Notes under the pieces: generated by a model
The model's input: only the letters and a program-made list of their open reading frames with translations
Databases searched by the model: none
What the model was told of the DNA's origin: nothing
Assembly (NCBI GenBank): GCA_963749415.1
Contig: CAVVMG010000001.1
Location: 1,575,581-1,639,580 of the forward strand
Direction of reading: 5' to 3'
Length of the DNA stretch: 64,000 nucleotides
DNA from: an uncultured Acidobacteriota bacterium
Lineage (GTDB): Bacteria > Actinomycetota > Acidimicrobiia > Spongiisociales > ZC4RG35
In this document: one piece after another, positions 36,728-46,297 of the stretch
Layout of the letters: each line of letters opens with the position of its first letter
Position numbering within the stretch: position 1 is the first letter of the stretch
Made by a program: the position numbers and the translations under genes

Positions 36728-38401
36728 ATGGAGGAGATGGTCGGTCGGGTGATCGGGACCGTCGACGCCACCCCGCTCGAGTTCTGGGTGGGCGTTGCCG
36801 ACGGCGAGTATCTGGAGCTCGACGACGTGGTCGCACTGGAGCGAGTGCTTCCCTCCGGTGAGTTGGTGAAGATATTCGGGACGGTGAGCCAGGTCCGGGC
36901 CCGTCACGAGGGGGCCCGCTTCGACTCCGATGTCTTCCTCATCGAGGACGGAGTGCTGCCCGCGGAAGTGGTCGAGGCGGCGCAGATCACAGCCACCAGG
37001 ATCGAACCCGAGATCTTCGTGCCCCCTCGGCCGGGGCAGCCTGTGCGGCGAGCGCAGGGCAAGGAGCGTGATCAGGCGCTGTTCTTCGACCGCATGGATC
37101 GCAAGTTCCCGGTGGGAGCCTCCCGCAACGGACAGCCTCTGTTCGCCAATTTCGAGTTCCTCAACGGGCAGCGGGGCGCCCATGTCAACATCTCCGGGGT
37201 CTCAGGGGTGGCCACCAAGACCAGCTACGCCACTTTCCTGCTCCACTCCCTGTTCACCTCCGGCGTACTGGGAGCTGCGGCAGTCAACACCAAGGCCCTG
37301 ATCTTCAACGTCAAGGGCGAGGACTTGCTCCACATCGACCGCCCCAATCGCAGCCTCGACGACGACGCCCGTCGCCGTTACCAGGATCTCGACCTGCCCG
37401 CCGCGCCGTTCGACTCGGTGGGGCTGTTCGCTCCGCCCCGGCCTGGATCCGACAAGGCGGTTGCCGAGGTCAGCTCCCGTCCCGACATCACGTCGTTCTT
37501 CTGGACCCTCGCCGAGTTCTGTCATGAAGATCTGATGGTCTTTCTCTTCGCCGACGCCGAAGACGAGCGGGCGCAGTACACGATGGTCGTCTACAACGTC
37601 ATGGCTCAGTTGAGGCATGCCGAAGAGGCCGCCGGGGGCTCGGTGAGGGTCGAGGGTGAGACCGTGCGCACCTTCCGCGAGCTCGTCGACCTGGTCACCA
37701 GGAAAGTGCAACAGGACGACACCAATAGCGAGTGGGCCGGTCCCCACATCGGGCAGGGCACGGTCAATGCCTTCGTCCGCCGGCTCCAGGGATCGGTGCG
37801 CCACGTCGAGCGCCTGATCCGGGGGGACATCGCCAACCCGGCGCGGCACAACATCGATGTCCAGGGCCACCAGGTGACAGTGGTCGACCTCCACAACCTG
37901 AACGATCGAGCGAAGCGGTTCGTGGTCGGGGTAACGGTGAGGCGCGCCTTCGAGGACAAGGAGAATGCCGGGCAGTCCGAAGAGCTGCTGTTCCTGGTCC
38001 TCGACGAGTTGAACAAGTACGCCCCGAGAGAGGGCTTCAGCCCGATCAAGGAGGTGCTCCTCGACGTGGCGGAGCGGGGCCGGTCGTTGGGGGTGATCCT
38101 GATCGGGGCGCAGCAGACAGCTTCCGAGGTGGAGCGCCGCATCATCGCCAACTCCTCGATCAGGGTCGTTGGCCGACTGGACTCGGCCGAGGCATCACGC
38201 GAGGAGTACGGGTTCCTGCCGGCCGCGCAACGGCAGCGGGCAACGATCCTCAAGCCGGGCACCATGCTCCTCGCCCAACCGGAGCTTCCCGTGCCCCTGG
38301 TCCTCGAATTCCCATTCCCCGCCTGGGCGACCCGGGCATCTGAGGCCGGCCTCCTTCCCACCCTCGACGATTCGCCGGGCGACCCCTTCCAGGATCTCTA
38401 G
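36728..38401 (+). CDS. herA: HerA ATPase/helicase
   Basis: N-terminal HAS-barrel-like VGRVIG; HVNISGVSGVATKTSY; FNVKGED; VLDELNKYAP; ERGRSLGVILIGAQQ. Confidence 0.85.
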   Translation: MEEMVGRVIGTVDATPLEFWVGVADGEYLELDDVVALERVLPSGELVKIFGTVSQVRARHEGARFDSDVFLIEDGVLPAEVVEAAQITATRIEPEIFVPPRPGQPVRRAQGKERDQALFFDRMDRKFPVGASRNGQPLFANFEFLNGQRGAHVNISGVSGVATKTSYATFLLHSLFTSGVLGAAAVNTKALIFNVKGEDLLHIDRPNRSLDDDARRRYQDLDLPAAPFDSVGLFAPPRPGSDKAVAEVSSRPDITSFFWTLAEFCHEDLMVFLFADAEDERAQYTMVVYNVMAQLRHAEEAAGGSVRVEGETVRTFRELVDLVTRKVQQDDTNSEWAGPHIGQGTVNAFVRRLQGSVRHVERLIRGDIANPARHNIDVQGHQVTVVDLHNLNDRAKRFVVGVTVRRAFEDKENAGQSEELLFLVLDELNKYAPREGFSPIKEVLLDVAERGRSLGVILIGAQQTASEVERRIIANSSIRVVGRLDSAEASREEYGFLPAAQRQRATILKPGTMLLAQPELPVPLVLEFPFPAWATRASEAGLLPTLDDSPGDPFQDL

Positions 38402-38414
38402 GAGTCCCAGGATC

Positions 38415-38436
38415 TGTCCCACCCCGGTCCTACGAT
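38415..38436 (+). promoter_or_regulatory. Internal PafBC/RecA-NDp-like promoter TGTCCC-N10-TACGAT before sbcD
   Basis: TGTCCC at 38415-38420 and TACGAT at 38431-38436, in the herA-sbcD gap. Confidence 0.55.
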
Positions 38437-38463
38437 CGGAGGGATGAAGGAGGCCTGGCTCAC

Positions 38464-39594
38464 ATGAGGCTGCTCCACACGTCCGATTGGCACGTGGGGA
38501 GGAGGATCCGCGGGCGCTCCCGCTCGGACGAGCACCGCGCGGTCCTGGCCGAGATCGCGGCCATCGCCCGCGAGCGGGGAGTAGACGCCATCCTGGTCGC
38601 GGGTGACTTGTTCGATGTCTCGTCACCATCGCCGGAGGACGAGGCCATCGTCTATCGCGCTCTTCTCGACCTGGCTGACGTCGGCCCCGTGTTGGTAGTC
38701 GGCGGCAACCATGACAACGCCGCCCGTCTCGATGCCATCAAGCCGCTTCTCGACTTGGGCCGGATTCGTGTCGTGTCACGACCGATGCCACCCGGCGACG
38801 GAGGGGTGGCCCACCTCGAAGAGCTCGGCCTTCGCGCCGCTTTCCTCCCCTTCGTCTCGCAACGAGGGATCATCAAGGCCGAGCAGATCATGGGTTTCGA
38901 TCCCGATCAAAACGTCCAGACCTATGAGCACCGGATGAGAAAGGTGATCGAGGCGCTGACAGGAGATATGGGCGTCGACACCGTGAATGTCGTCATCGGC
39001 CACGCCTTTGTCTATGGGGCGACAACGGGGGGCGGCGAGCGCGATTCCCACATCATGGGGTACGACATCCCGCCACAGGCGTTTCCCGGGCATCTGAGTT
39101 ATGTGGCCCTCGGCCATCTCCACCGGCAGCAGAAGGTCGCGGCCCCGGCACCGGTCTGGTACAGCGGGTCGCCGATGCAGCTCGACTTCGGCGAGGTCGC
39201 CGACCGAAAGGGTGTGCTCCTCATAGAGGCGGAGGCGGGCAAGCCGGCAAAAGTCGAGGAGATCCCGATCGTGAGCGGGACGAGGCTCGTGCAGCTGACC
39301 GGGACGTTGGAGCAGGTGATCGCGATGGCCCAGGACGTCGAAGGCGCCTATGTCAAGGTCGTGCTCGATGAGAAGGCCCGTTCCGGGCTCAACGACGAAG
39401 TTCGTGCCGCGATCCCGGGGGCGGTCGATGTCGTGATCGCACGATCCGGCGAAGCCGAGCACCAGGAGAGGGTGAGCAGGGCGGGGCGATCCCCGGTCGA
39501 CCTGTTCGCCACCTATCTCTCCTCCAAGGGCGTGGATGATCCGGCTGTGCTCGACCTGTTCCGCGAGCTCGAGCAGGAGGCGATCCAGACGTGA
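38464..39594 (+). CDS. sbcD: Mre11/SbcD nuclease
   Basis: HTSDWHVG, AGDLFD, GNHD, ALGHLH, YSGSP..LDFGE. Confidence 0.93.
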   Translation: MRLLHTSDWHVGRRIRGRSRSDEHRAVLAEIAAIARERGVDAILVAGDLFDVSSPSPEDEAIVYRALLDLADVGPVLVVGGNHDNAARLDAIKPLLDLGRIRVVSRPMPPGDGGVAHLEELGLRAAFLPFVSQRGIIKAEQIMGFDPDQNVQTYEHRMRKVIEALTGDMGVDTVNVVIGHAFVYGATTGGGERDSHIMGYDIPPQAFPGHLSYVALGHLHRQQKVAAPAPVWYSGSPMQLDFGEVADRKGVLLIEAEAGKPAKVEEIPIVSGTRLVQLTGTLEQVIAMAQDVEGAYVKVVLDEKARSGLNDEVRAAIPGAVDVVIARSGEAEHQERVSRAGRSPVDLFATYLSSKGVDDPAVLDLFRELEQEAIQT

Positions 39595-41921
39595 GGCCGC
39601 AACTCCTGGTCATGGAGGGGTTCCTCGCCTATCGGCAACGCACCGAGGTCGACTTCTCCGAAGCCGATCTCTTCGTGTTGTCCGGGCCAACAGGCGCCGG
39701 CAAGTCCAGCGTCATCGACGGGATGATCTTCGCTCTCTATGGAACGATTCCCCGGCTCGACGATCGTCGCTCCGTTGCGCCGGTGATCTCAGCACGAGCC
39801 GATCGGGCACACGTTTCCTTCGAGTTCACGGTCGGGGACGAGGCTTTCGTTGCCGCCCGCCTCGTCGAACGGAGAGGCTCGGGGGCCACCACCACCGAGG
39901 CGAGTCTGGAGCGGGGCGATGGCGAGGTGCTCGCCCGGGGCTCGGACGAGGTCACCGCCCGCGTGACCGAGCTTCTTGGCCTCAGCTACGACCAGTTCAC
40001 CAAGGCTGTCGTCCTGCCACAAGGGGCCTTCGCCGACTTCCTGACCGACAAGCCAAGCGAGCGCCAGGCGCTACTCCGCGCCCTGCTCGAGGTCGGGCTG
40101 TTCGAAAGAGTCATGCAGCTCGCCAACGCCAGGGCGAAGACGTCGGAGGGGCGCGCCCAGGCGATGGAGGAGAGCCTGGCCAAGCTGGAGGTGCCCACGC
40201 CCGAGCAGCTCGAGGGGGCACGGACCGGATTGGATGCGATCCTCGTCGCGCGAGAGGAACTGCCGTCGCGGGTAGAGAAACTGCAGACTCTCCAGGCCTC
40301 CGTTGTCGAGGCGAGCGCGGCTCGAGAACGGGCCGGCGAGGCGCTGAGCCTCCTGGAGTCGATCGCGGCGCCGGAGGATCTCGTGACCATCGACAAAGAC
40401 AGGCTCGAGGCGAAAGGAAGCCTCGAGGTGACGACCAAGGCCGTGGCCGGCCTCATGGACGAGCGTGAAGCGGCCGATGCGGCAATCGCCGGGTTTCCGC
40501 CCCTTTCGGAGCTCGAGGCTTGGGCGGCCAATCACGCTCGGCTGGAATCACTCCGCGCCGATCGAGCCGCTCTCGACCTCGAAGCATTGAGCGGTGTCAT
40601 GGCCGAGACGACAGCCGCCCGGGACCACAAACTCGCAGAACTGAGCTCTCTTCGGCTGGAGCATGCGGCCCACACGGTCCGCCAGGGCCTGGTCGTCGGG
40701 GAAGTCTGCCCGGTTTGCCACATCGTCATCGATGCGATCCCGAACGCCGGCGGCGGGCCTGGTGAGTCACTCGATCGCCTGGCAGGGGAGGTCACCGACC
40801 TCGATTCCCTCGTCGCCGATGCCCGGGATCGCCTCAAAGAGGCGGAAGGCGTCACCAAGCAGATGGACCAGCAGGCGTCGGGACTCGAAGCTCTGCTCGT
40901 GGGATCGCCGCCCGGTGAAGAGCTGGAGGCGACGATGGCATCCATGCGAAAGGTGCTCGAAAGCAGAGCGGAGATCGAGTTGAAGATCGCTGAGGCTCAG
41001 CACCGAGCCGACGAGGCCATGGCCAGAGTGGATGAGCTCACGCGGCGTGCGGCAGGGCTCTTCGAGACACTGCTGGCAGCTCGCGATCTCGTGGCCTCCG
41101 AGAAGCCACCGATGCCCGCTGACGACCCGGTGGATGCCTGGCAGTCGTTCGAGACCTGGCGACTAGGCCGCGTCGAGGAGCGCAAAGCGGACCTCGATCG
41201 GCTCGATCAGGTGGTTGTGGGCGCCCAGGAGGAAGCGACCCGGGCCATTGACGAGACACGCGCATGGCTCGAAGGCCTGGGTGTGGAGGCGAACGGATCG
41301 CCCGAGGCCAACCTGGCCCTTGCCGAAGAGCGCCGCCGTGCCGAGATCCACGAACTGGAGAAGTCGGTCGCCGAGGCCGAGGAGCTGAGTGTCCAGATCG
41401 CAGCGGAGCGGCTGCAGGCGCATGTCGCGTCGTCCCTTGGAAACCACCTCAGGTCCAGCAACTTCGAGGCCTGGCTCCTCGAGGAGGCAATGGAGACCCT
41501 GGTCGGCGGGGCGAACATCCTGCTCCATGAGCTGACCGGTGGCGCCTATTCCCTGGTTGCGACCCGAAGTCAGTTCGAAGTCATCGACCACCGAAACGCC
41601 GACCTGACCAGGACAACTCGCGGGCTCTCAGGCGGGGAGACCTTCCTGGTGGCACTGTCCCTCTCCCTGTCGATGGCGGAGCAGCTCGCCGAGCTGACCG
41701 GCACCTCTTCACGGCTCGAGTCCGTTTTGTTGGATGAGGGCTTCGGCTCACTCGATCAGGAGTCGATCGACGTGGTGGCCTCGGTGCTCGATGAGCTGGC
41801 CGGTCGGGGGCGGACCGTCGGGCTGGTAACCCATGTTCAAGAGCTCGCGGAGCGAATCCCGGTCCGGTTCGAAGTCACCAAGGGGCCGGAGAGCTCATCG
41901 ATCGAGAAGGTGGCCGTATGA
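39591..41921 (+). CDS. sbcC: Rad50/SbcC SMC ATPase
   Basis: Walker A GPTGAGKS, Q-loop LPQG, zinc hook CPVC, LSGGE, LLDEGFGSLD, VTH; GTGA overlap. Confidence 0.93.
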   Translation: MRPQLLVMEGFLAYRQRTEVDFSEADLFVLSGPTGAGKSSVIDGMIFALYGTIPRLDDRRSVAPVISARADRAHVSFEFTVGDEAFVAARLVERRGSGATTTEASLERGDGEVLARGSDEVTARVTELLGLSYDQFTKAVVLPQGAFADFLTDKPSERQALLRALLEVGLFERVMQLANARAKTSEGRAQAMEESLAKLEVPTPEQLEGARTGLDAILVAREELPSRVEKLQTLQASVVEASAARERAGEALSLLESIAAPEDLVTIDKDRLEAKGSLEVTTKAVAGLMDEREAADAAIAGFPPLSELEAWAANHARLESLRADRAALDLEALSGVMAETTAARDHKLAELSSLRLEHAAHTVRQGLVVGEVCPVCHIVIDAIPNAGGGPGESLDRLAGEVTDLDSLVADARDRLKEAEGVTKQMDQQASGLEALLVGSPPGEELEATMASMRKVLESRAEIELKIAEAQHRADEAMARVDELTRRAAGLFETLLAARDLVASEKPPMPADDPVDAWQSFETWRLGRVEERKADLDRLDQVVVGAQEEATRAIDETRAWLEGLGVEANGSPEANLALAEERRRAEIHELEKSVAEAEELSVQIAAERLQAHVASSLGNHLRSSNFEAWLLEEAMETLVGGANILLHELTGGAYSLVATRSQFEVIDHRNADLTRTTRGLSGGETFLVALSLSLSMAEQLAELTGTSSRLESVLLDEGFGSLDQESIDVVASVLDELAGRGRTVGLVTHVQELAERIPVRFEVTKGPESSSIEKVAV

Positions 41922-42820
41922 GATTCACCGTCGAGGCATGGGATCCCGACTACGGGGCCCCTTCCGACGCCGATCTCGCTGATTCCACCGACAAGGTCGA
42001 CCCGTCGGTGGAGGTGACACCCGAGAACTGGCGGCCTCTGCTCCCCGAATGCGAGCCGGCGAGCGACATCCTCTTCGTCGACGGCGTGCGCCGGGTGGAT
42101 GCCAACCTGTGGATCGATCGCGATGGGCTCTTCCCCGGGTTCGGGCTGGCCGCCACCTTCGCCGCGGGGGCAGTGCGCTGCAACGGCGAGGCCACGGTGG
42201 TTGCCGCCAGGGTGAAAAGGGGGATCTTCACCGGTGTCCCCGCCGAGGAGGTAGACACCAAGATCGGCCGATACGAGGTGATGAGCACCAAGGGATCGAC
42301 ACCCGAGGAGCTCTGGCTCGGCATCCAGGAAAGGATGGGTGACCTCGAGGGTGAGATCGCCTCCGATCACGCAGACGCCGCCCTGATCGTGGTCGATGGC
42401 CCCTTGTCACACAGCAGACACGTCGCGGGTGCTGTCGGCTACGTGAAGACCCAGCATGTCCAGTATCTCCCCGATGAGCTCCGTGCCACCCTGGGGACGC
42501 TGCCTGTGGGCTATCGGACCCCCCTCTTCCTCACCACGACCTCATGGAGCCGGTTCTCGTGGTACTTGCGGCTGGCCAATGGCTCCGGACCTGCCGGCGG
42601 ACTTGTTCGTTGCGAGGTCAAGGCGGACATGACCGTGGCCGATGCGGCGCGTGTTGCCCACCTGGTCTCGGCGAGCCTGCCTCGCTTCGCCTCAGCGCGT
42701 CACAAGGACCCTCGGGCGCCGCAGAACCTCTACCCGATAGGAGGTCTGGAGCGCGAGCTGCGCCGGCGCCTTGGCGACCGCGACCTTGTGATCCGGGCCT
42801 TGCGCTCGGCCGCCGCCTGA
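41918..42820 (+). CDS. nurA: NurA-family nuclease
   Basis: FVDGVRR, VVDGPL, GYVKT, PQNLYPIGGLE; ATGA overlap; operon context. Confidence 0.78.
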   Translation: MRFTVEAWDPDYGAPSDADLADSTDKVDPSVEVTPENWRPLLPECEPASDILFVDGVRRVDANLWIDRDGLFPGFGLAATFAAGAVRCNGEATVVAARVKRGIFTGVPAEEVDTKIGRYEVMSTKGSTPEELWLGIQERMGDLEGEIASDHADAALIVVDGPLSHSRHVAGAVGYVKTQHVQYLPDELRATLGTLPVGYRTPLFLTTTSWSRFSWYLRLANGSGPAGGLVRCEVKADMTVADAARVAHLVSASLPRFASARHKDPRAPQNLYPIGGLERELRRRLGDRDLVIRALRSAAA

Positions 42821-42821
42821 T

Positions 42822-43769
42822 CTAACCGGTCTCGCCTTCGACGAGGAGGCTTGCCATGTGCTCGGAGTCGGTCTCGCGTCGTGAGGCGAGCAGCGCCCCG
42901 CCAATGACCAGGCCAATGCCGAAGATTGCGATCGGAGACACCACCTCATCTCGGAACACCACGCCGAGCACCAGCGCCACCACCGGTATCAAGTAGGTGA
43001 TGAAGGTGGCACGCGTTGGGCCCACACTGCCCACCAGCGAGCCCATCATCACCATCGCGAGGCCAGTGCCGAGCACGCCGACGGCGAGCATGGCGATCAG
43101 CGATGGCCAGGCGAATGTCGATTGGGTGAGCCCGTAGATCCCGTACGGGGTGACCAGCGCCAACGCGGTCCATTGCACTCTGGCGAGGACCGGAAGCGAC
43201 CCATACCGCTGTTGGAGCGGGGCGACGATATTGGTGGCGAAGGCGTAGCAAATCGTGGCCAGGATCACCAGCACGACTCCGATGGCGGCGGTTGGCGCTT
43301 CGCCCGCCGAGGGGAGGGCGATTGCCAGGATGCCGGCGAATCCCACGAAGAGGCCGACGATCTGGAGACGGCCCGGCAATTGCGACAAGAGCACGGAGGC
43401 GACGATCGCGGTGAAGATCGGAGTCGCGCCGTTGAGCATCCCGGCCACTGCCGAGTCGATCCATTGTTGGGCGATGGGGAAGATGACGAACGGGATCGCC
43501 ATCCAGATCAACCCGAGAGTGAAGATCTTGGGGCGCTCGGAGCGAGGGATGTGCGAGCGGCGGGCCCTGGGGAGGGCGGCCACCGCCGCCGCTCCAAAGC
43601 CGACCCGGAGCCAGGTGACGAGGCCGGGATGAAAGGCGTCGAGGCCAATCGCCATGAAGAGGAACGAGGATCCCCAGATCGCGGACAGGGCCAGGAAGAG
43701 GCCCCAATCACGGCCGCTGAATGCCTCTCTATTGGTCCCGTGGGCCGTGGTCAATATCCGGTTCGACAC
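42822..43769 (-). CDS. EamA/DMT family transporter
   Basis: IWGSSFLFM, LNGATPIF, TYLIPVVA..LG...DE. Confidence 0.88.
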   Translation of the reverse strand: MSNRILTTAHGTNREAFSGRDWGLFLALSAIWGSSFLFMAIGLDAFHPGLVTWLRVGFGAAAVAALPRARRSHIPRSERPKIFTLGLIWMAIPFVIFPIAQQWIDSAVAGMLNGATPIFTAIVASVLLSQLPGRLQIVGLFVGFAGILAIALPSAGEAPTAAIGVVLVILATICYAFATNIVAPLQQRYGSLPVLARVQWTALALVTPYGIYGLTQSTFAWPSLIAMLAVGVLGTGLAMVMMGSLVGSVGPTRATFITYLIPVVALVLGVVFRDEVVSPIAIFGIGLVIGGALLASRRETDSEHMASLLVEGETG

Positions 43770-43843
43770 GTCTTCCTTAATGGTCCGTCAACAGGAGAAC
43801 ACTGTCGGGAGTGCTCCGGTTGCAATCAACACCTCGCAAGGCA

Positions 43844-44845
43844 TCAGTCTTCCGGCTTGGCGACCCTGCTCATCAATCGGAGCACAGCTTCCTTGGGGTC
43901 CAACCCGTCGTAGAGGACGTGGCCGACGTGGTTCGCAATCGGCATCTCGATCCCGCTTCGATCGGCCAGGTCGAGCACAGCCCGGGTGGTCTTCACGCCT
44001 TCGGCGACCATCCGCATCTCGGTAACCACCTGCTCCAGTGACTTGCCGGCGGCAAGGCTCACTCCCACCTGGTGATTGCGGCTCACGGTCGAGATGCAGG
44101 TGGCGATCAAATCTCCCATGCCGGCGAGGCCGGCAAACGTCGCCGGGCGCCCGCCCAATGACACGCCCAGCCTGGTCAACTCGGAGAGGGCCCTGGTGAT
44201 CAGGGTGGCCCTGGTGTTGTCCCCGAACCCGAGGCCGTCGGACATCCCCGCCGCGATCGCCATCACGTTCTTGAGGGCTCCGCCCAACTCGCAGCCAACA
44301 ACATCGTCATGCGTGTACACCCGGAAGGAGGGTCCCATGAAGACCTCCTGCAGCCGGCGGGCCGTCTCCAGATCGGACATTGCGATGACCGCGGCCGTCG
44401 GTTGCCCGGCGGCGACCTCGCTGGCCAGGTTGGGGCCGGTCAAGACACCGATCCTGGAACGGTCCTTCCTCGGCGAGGCGTCCGACACCACCTGGGTCAT
44501 CGTGGCCAGGGTGTCCTGCTCGATGCCCTTGGTGAGCGAAAGGACCGGGATTTCGTCGCCCAAAGCGGCCGACGCAGAGGAGTACACCTCCCGGAACCCG
44601 TGGGAGGGCACCGCCATGACCAAGGCAGACGTCCCGTCGGTTGCCTCCCCGAGGTCCGCGGTGGCGGTGACCAGCTCCGGGATCTCCAGGCCGGGGAGGT
44701 ACCGGGAGTTGTGGCGGCTCTCGTTGATCTCGGCGGCGAGCTCGGGGCGCCTCACCCAGAGCCGTGTTGGCGTGGAACGTGCCGCCAGGCAGGCGATGGT
44801 GGTGCCCCAGGAACCGGCGCCGATCACCGCGATTCGCTCCATCAC
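43844..44845 (-). CDS. gpsA: NAD(P)H-dependent glycerol-3-phosphate dehydrogenase
   Basis: GAGSWGT, TKGIE, GPNLA, GALKNV, GMGDLIATC, SRN, AEGV. Confidence 0.95.
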   Translation of the reverse strand: MMERIAVIGAGSWGTTIACLAARSTPTRLWVRRPELAAEINESRHNSRYLPGLEIPELVTATADLGEATDGTSALVMAVPSHGFREVYSSASAALGDEIPVLSLTKGIEQDTLATMTQVVSDASPRKDRSRIGVLTGPNLASEVAAGQPTAAVIAMSDLETARRLQEVFMGPSFRVYTHDDVVGCELGGALKNVMAIAAGMSDGLGFGDNTRATLITRALSELTRLGVSLGGRPATFAGLAGMGDLIATCISTVSRNHQVGVSLAAGKSLEQVVTEMRMVAEGVKTTRAVLDLADRSGIEMPIANHVGHVLYDGLDPKEAVLRLMSRVAKPED

Positions 44846-44892
44846 GGCACGCTAGTGGTCTGTCGTGCCGGGCTTCCTAACCTGCGTCGGCC

Positions 44893-45971
44893 ATGAGTCT
44901 CTCGATCGGGATCGTGGGACTTCCCAATGTCGGCAAGTCCACGTTGTTCAACGCATTGACCAGCTGCCGGCGTGCTCGCCGCCAACTACCCGTTCGCCAC
45001 CATCGAGCCCAACACCGGGGTGGTGCCGATTCCGGACCCCCGCCTCTCCCGGCTGGCATCGATCTTCGGCTCGAAGCGGACTATCCCCGCGACGGTGACT
45101 TTCGTGGACATCGCGGGCCTGGTCCGGGGAGCCAGCGAGGGGGAGGGCCTCGGCAACCGCTTCCTCGCCAACATCAGGGACGTCAATGCCATTTGCCACG
45201 TCGTGCGCGCATTCGAGTCCGAGAGCGTCGCGCACGTCGGCGCGGGGCCCGATCCGGCAGGCGACATCGAGGTGATCGAGACCGAGTTGGCGCTGGCGGA
45301 TCTGGAGACCATCGACCGGCGGCTGCCCCGCATGGAAAAGGAGGCCACCATCGATCGCAGCCTCGGGCAACGCGTGGAGCAACTGCGCGGGCTCCGGGAC
45401 GTGGTCGCATCGGGTCGGATGATCGGCAAGCAAGCCGATTTCCGCCCGGAGGAATTCGCCGATCTCCACCTGCTCACCGCGAAACCCATGATCTATGTGT
45501 TCAACTCCGATATCCCGCTGTTGGGTGATGTCGAGCGAAGGGCGTCGCTGGAAGGGCTGGTTGCCCCGGGAGAAGCACTCTTTCTCGACGCCCAGCTGGA
45601 GGCCGACCTCAACGAGCTCTCAGCGGATGAGCGCCTCGAGCTGCTCGAGTCCGTCGGCCAGGCCGAGCCGGGGCTGCATGCTGTGATCGATGCCGCATAT
45701 CGGGTGCTCGGCCTGCAGAGCTTCCTCACCGTGGGCGAAAAGGAGGCCCGGGCCTGGACTGTTCGGCCGCGGTGCCACCGCCCCGGAGGCAGCCGGAGTG
45801 ATCCACACCGACTTCCAGCGCGGGTTCATCGCCGCCGAGGTGATCGATTACCCCTTGCTGGAGGCGATCGGCTCCTGGGTGGAGGCAAGAGCACGGGGGA
45901 TGGTCCGTACCGAGGGCAAGTCATATGTGATGCGCCCTGATGACGTCGTCGAGTTCCGCTTCAACGTGTGA
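44893..45971 (+). CDS. ychF: Redox-regulated ATPase YchF, two apparent +1 frameshifts (near 44964 and 45766)
   Basis: GLPNVGKSTLFNAL / ANYPFATIEPN, DIAGLVRGASEGEGLGN / AAGVIHTDF, EGKSYVM..DVVEFRFNV in three successive frames. Confidence 0.9.
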
Positions 45972-45974
45972 CCC

Positions 45975-46011
45975 AAAAGGAGGGGCTCCGGTGGGGGTAC
46001 CGGAGCCCCTC
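45975..46011 (-). terminator. Intrinsic terminator (13-bp stem, U-tract on minus strand)
   Basis: GAGGGGCTCCGGT-gggggt-ACCGGAGCCCCTC preceded by AAAA on the plus strand. Confidence 0.7.
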
Positions 46012-46124
46012 GTGGTCCCTCCCGAAGAGGGACGCCAGGGCCTGGTTCAGCCGGCGCATTGGGGTGCTCGCCTGGCTGGGCCCCGGTTGTTGGGGTTGGC
46101 GCCGGTCGGAAACCGACCGGGCCG
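45975..46124 (-). ncRNA. Candidate structured sRNA with C-rich loops
   Basis: -10 TACTTT at 46136-46131; four hairpins; ends in a 13-bp stem followed by UUUU. Confidence 0.45.
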
Positions 46125-46198
46125 GACGGCAAAGTAACGGCGACGCTCCCTTTATGCGACATCTCCGGCGAGGCGCGAACTTCGTCGTATCATGACTC

Positions 46199-46297
46199 TG
46201 CCTTCGACACCGAATGGGAGAGCCCCGGGCTGCGGGGCGCCGAAGGGGCAACTCCTCCCCGGAAACTCTCAGGCACGTGGACCATTCGGTCGAGGCA
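46199..46297 (+). promoter_or_regulatory. Glycine riboswitch (single aptamer)
   Basis: ACCGAATG-GGAGAG...CGCCGAAGGGGCAA...AAACTCTCAGGCA...GGAC-CATTCGGT, directly upstream of gcvP; -10 TATCAT near 46188. Confidence 0.9.

Noticed and set aside
44861-44883. TGTC...TAACCT upstream of ychF as a fifth PafBC-like promoter
   Set aside because: The spacer is 13 nt rather than the 12 nt seen between TGTC and the -10 hexamer in the other four sites.
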